From Coniocarpon cinnabarinum (Eukaryota), in contig JAVECO010000002.1 of NCBI GenBank assembly GCA_051942205.1, positions 124,001-188,000 of the forward strand: a DNA stretch of 64,000 nucleotides, given 5' to 3'. Both the position numbers and the translations under genes were made by a program. Below are positions 63,251 through 64,000 of the stretch, one piece after another; the stretch's first letter is position 1, and each line of letters begins with the position of its first letter. The notes under the pieces are model-generated. The model worked only from the letters and a program-made list of their open reading frames with translations, was not told the origin of the DNA and did not search any database.

Positions 63251-64000
63251 TTAGCCAGATCCCGCAATCAGCTTCTCAACCCAGCTCGGCAACCCGGGTC
63301 GCTTCTCCCATCCACCTTTCCAGGCCTTCTCCCATCCAGGCACACTCTCCGGCACCGCATAAACAGCGGTGGCATACCACGCCGTCTCACCAGCCTTGAC
63401 ATCGCTCAGCAAAGTCGGCAGCACGGACCTCGAATGCAAAAGATTGCCGTTCGCATCCGCGTCCAGCACTTTGCCTTCTCTCTTCACAGACGTCAGCTCA
63501 GAAATGCCCACAGCGCCAGATGCAGCCGAAGCCGCCACCGCACCCTGCGCTGAGTGCAATCGACCTTCTTTGGCGAACTCGCCTGTGGCTTTGAATGTGT
63601 CAAGCTCACGTCCGTCAACCGTGCGTGTCCCTTCCAAGGCCCACGCACCCTCCGCAGTTCTCAACGCTCGACCCGTTTTGAGCCGGTGAATTCTGATGTG
63701 CCAATTTGGCGTCTCGTCAGACGGTGGTATCAGCCAAGTGTCGACACTGACATCGTGCCAAGGTTCCCAGCCTGATACCAGCACCGGCATGCCTTCTAAA
63801 ATCTCAATCCGCGGCTCTGTCGCTACTCTCCTCACTTTCCACGTCTCGCCGAAGCTCTTCGGATCGTAGTCATCGGACAAGGCGAGCACGTTGTCTCCGC
63901 CGATTGACTCCAACGTGTACGAGCCAGTAGGCACGGAGTACCCGAACGCAGAGCTGTATGCGAATTTTCCGTACTTGGCGGCGCCGCCGCGAGCGGGGTA
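63251..64000 (-). CDS. DUF2264 family protein, C-terminal part (5' end beyond window)
   Basis: AKYGKFAYSSAFGYSVPTG, DNVLALSDD, GETWKVRR, TWLIPP...PNWHIRIHRL, AEG. Confidence 0.8.
   Translation of the reverse strand, partial: YPARGGAAKYGKFAYSSAFGYSVPTGSYTLESIGGDNVLALSDDYDPKSFGETWKVRRVATEPRIEILEGMPVLVSGWEPWHDVSVDTWLIPPSDETPNWHIRIHRLKTGRALRTAEGAWALEGTRTVDGRELDTFKATGEFAKEGRLHSAQGAVAASAASGAVGISELTSVKREGKVLDADANGNLLHSRSVLPTLLSDVKAGETAWYATAVYAVPESVPGWEKAWKGGWEKRPGLPSWVEKLIAGSG

Noticed and set aside
1..64000. tRNA, rRNA, snRNA genes or intact transposons
   Set aside because: No cloverleaf/T-loop pattern, rRNA motif, transposase/RT ORF, LTR or TIR pair recognised by eye; a tRNAscan-SE/Infernal run would be needed to exclude small RNAs

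Overview
Gene-dense nuclear DNA from a filamentous ascomycete (Pezizomycotina). Spliceosomal GT-AG introns are mostly 49-126 nt with CTRAC/CTAAC branch points, and about 30 protein-coding loci are present. Recognisable housekeeping genes include CDC23/APC8, a YAR1-like ankyrin protein, ERG20, SSL2/XPB, an ARO8-type aminotransferase, RPL4, complex I NDUFS6, an MPP6-like protein, STE23/IDE and GUS1. An accessory-looking stretch at about 12-30 kb holds two methyltransferases, an MDR dehydrogenase, an MFS transporter, disrupted or relic frames and a 17 x 18-bp tandem array with RIP-like transitions. I found no rRNA, tRNA, CRISPR array or intact transposon, and no clearly novel multi-gene system. 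The best leads are a GH47 mannosidase lacking catalytic/Ca2+-binding residues with a large insertion, an uncharacterised fungal-type DNA ligase, the mutated 18-bp array, three genes with single-point disruptions, an outsized intron, a possible cassette exon and two dual-start genes. All family calls come from motif recognition by eye, with no database searches.
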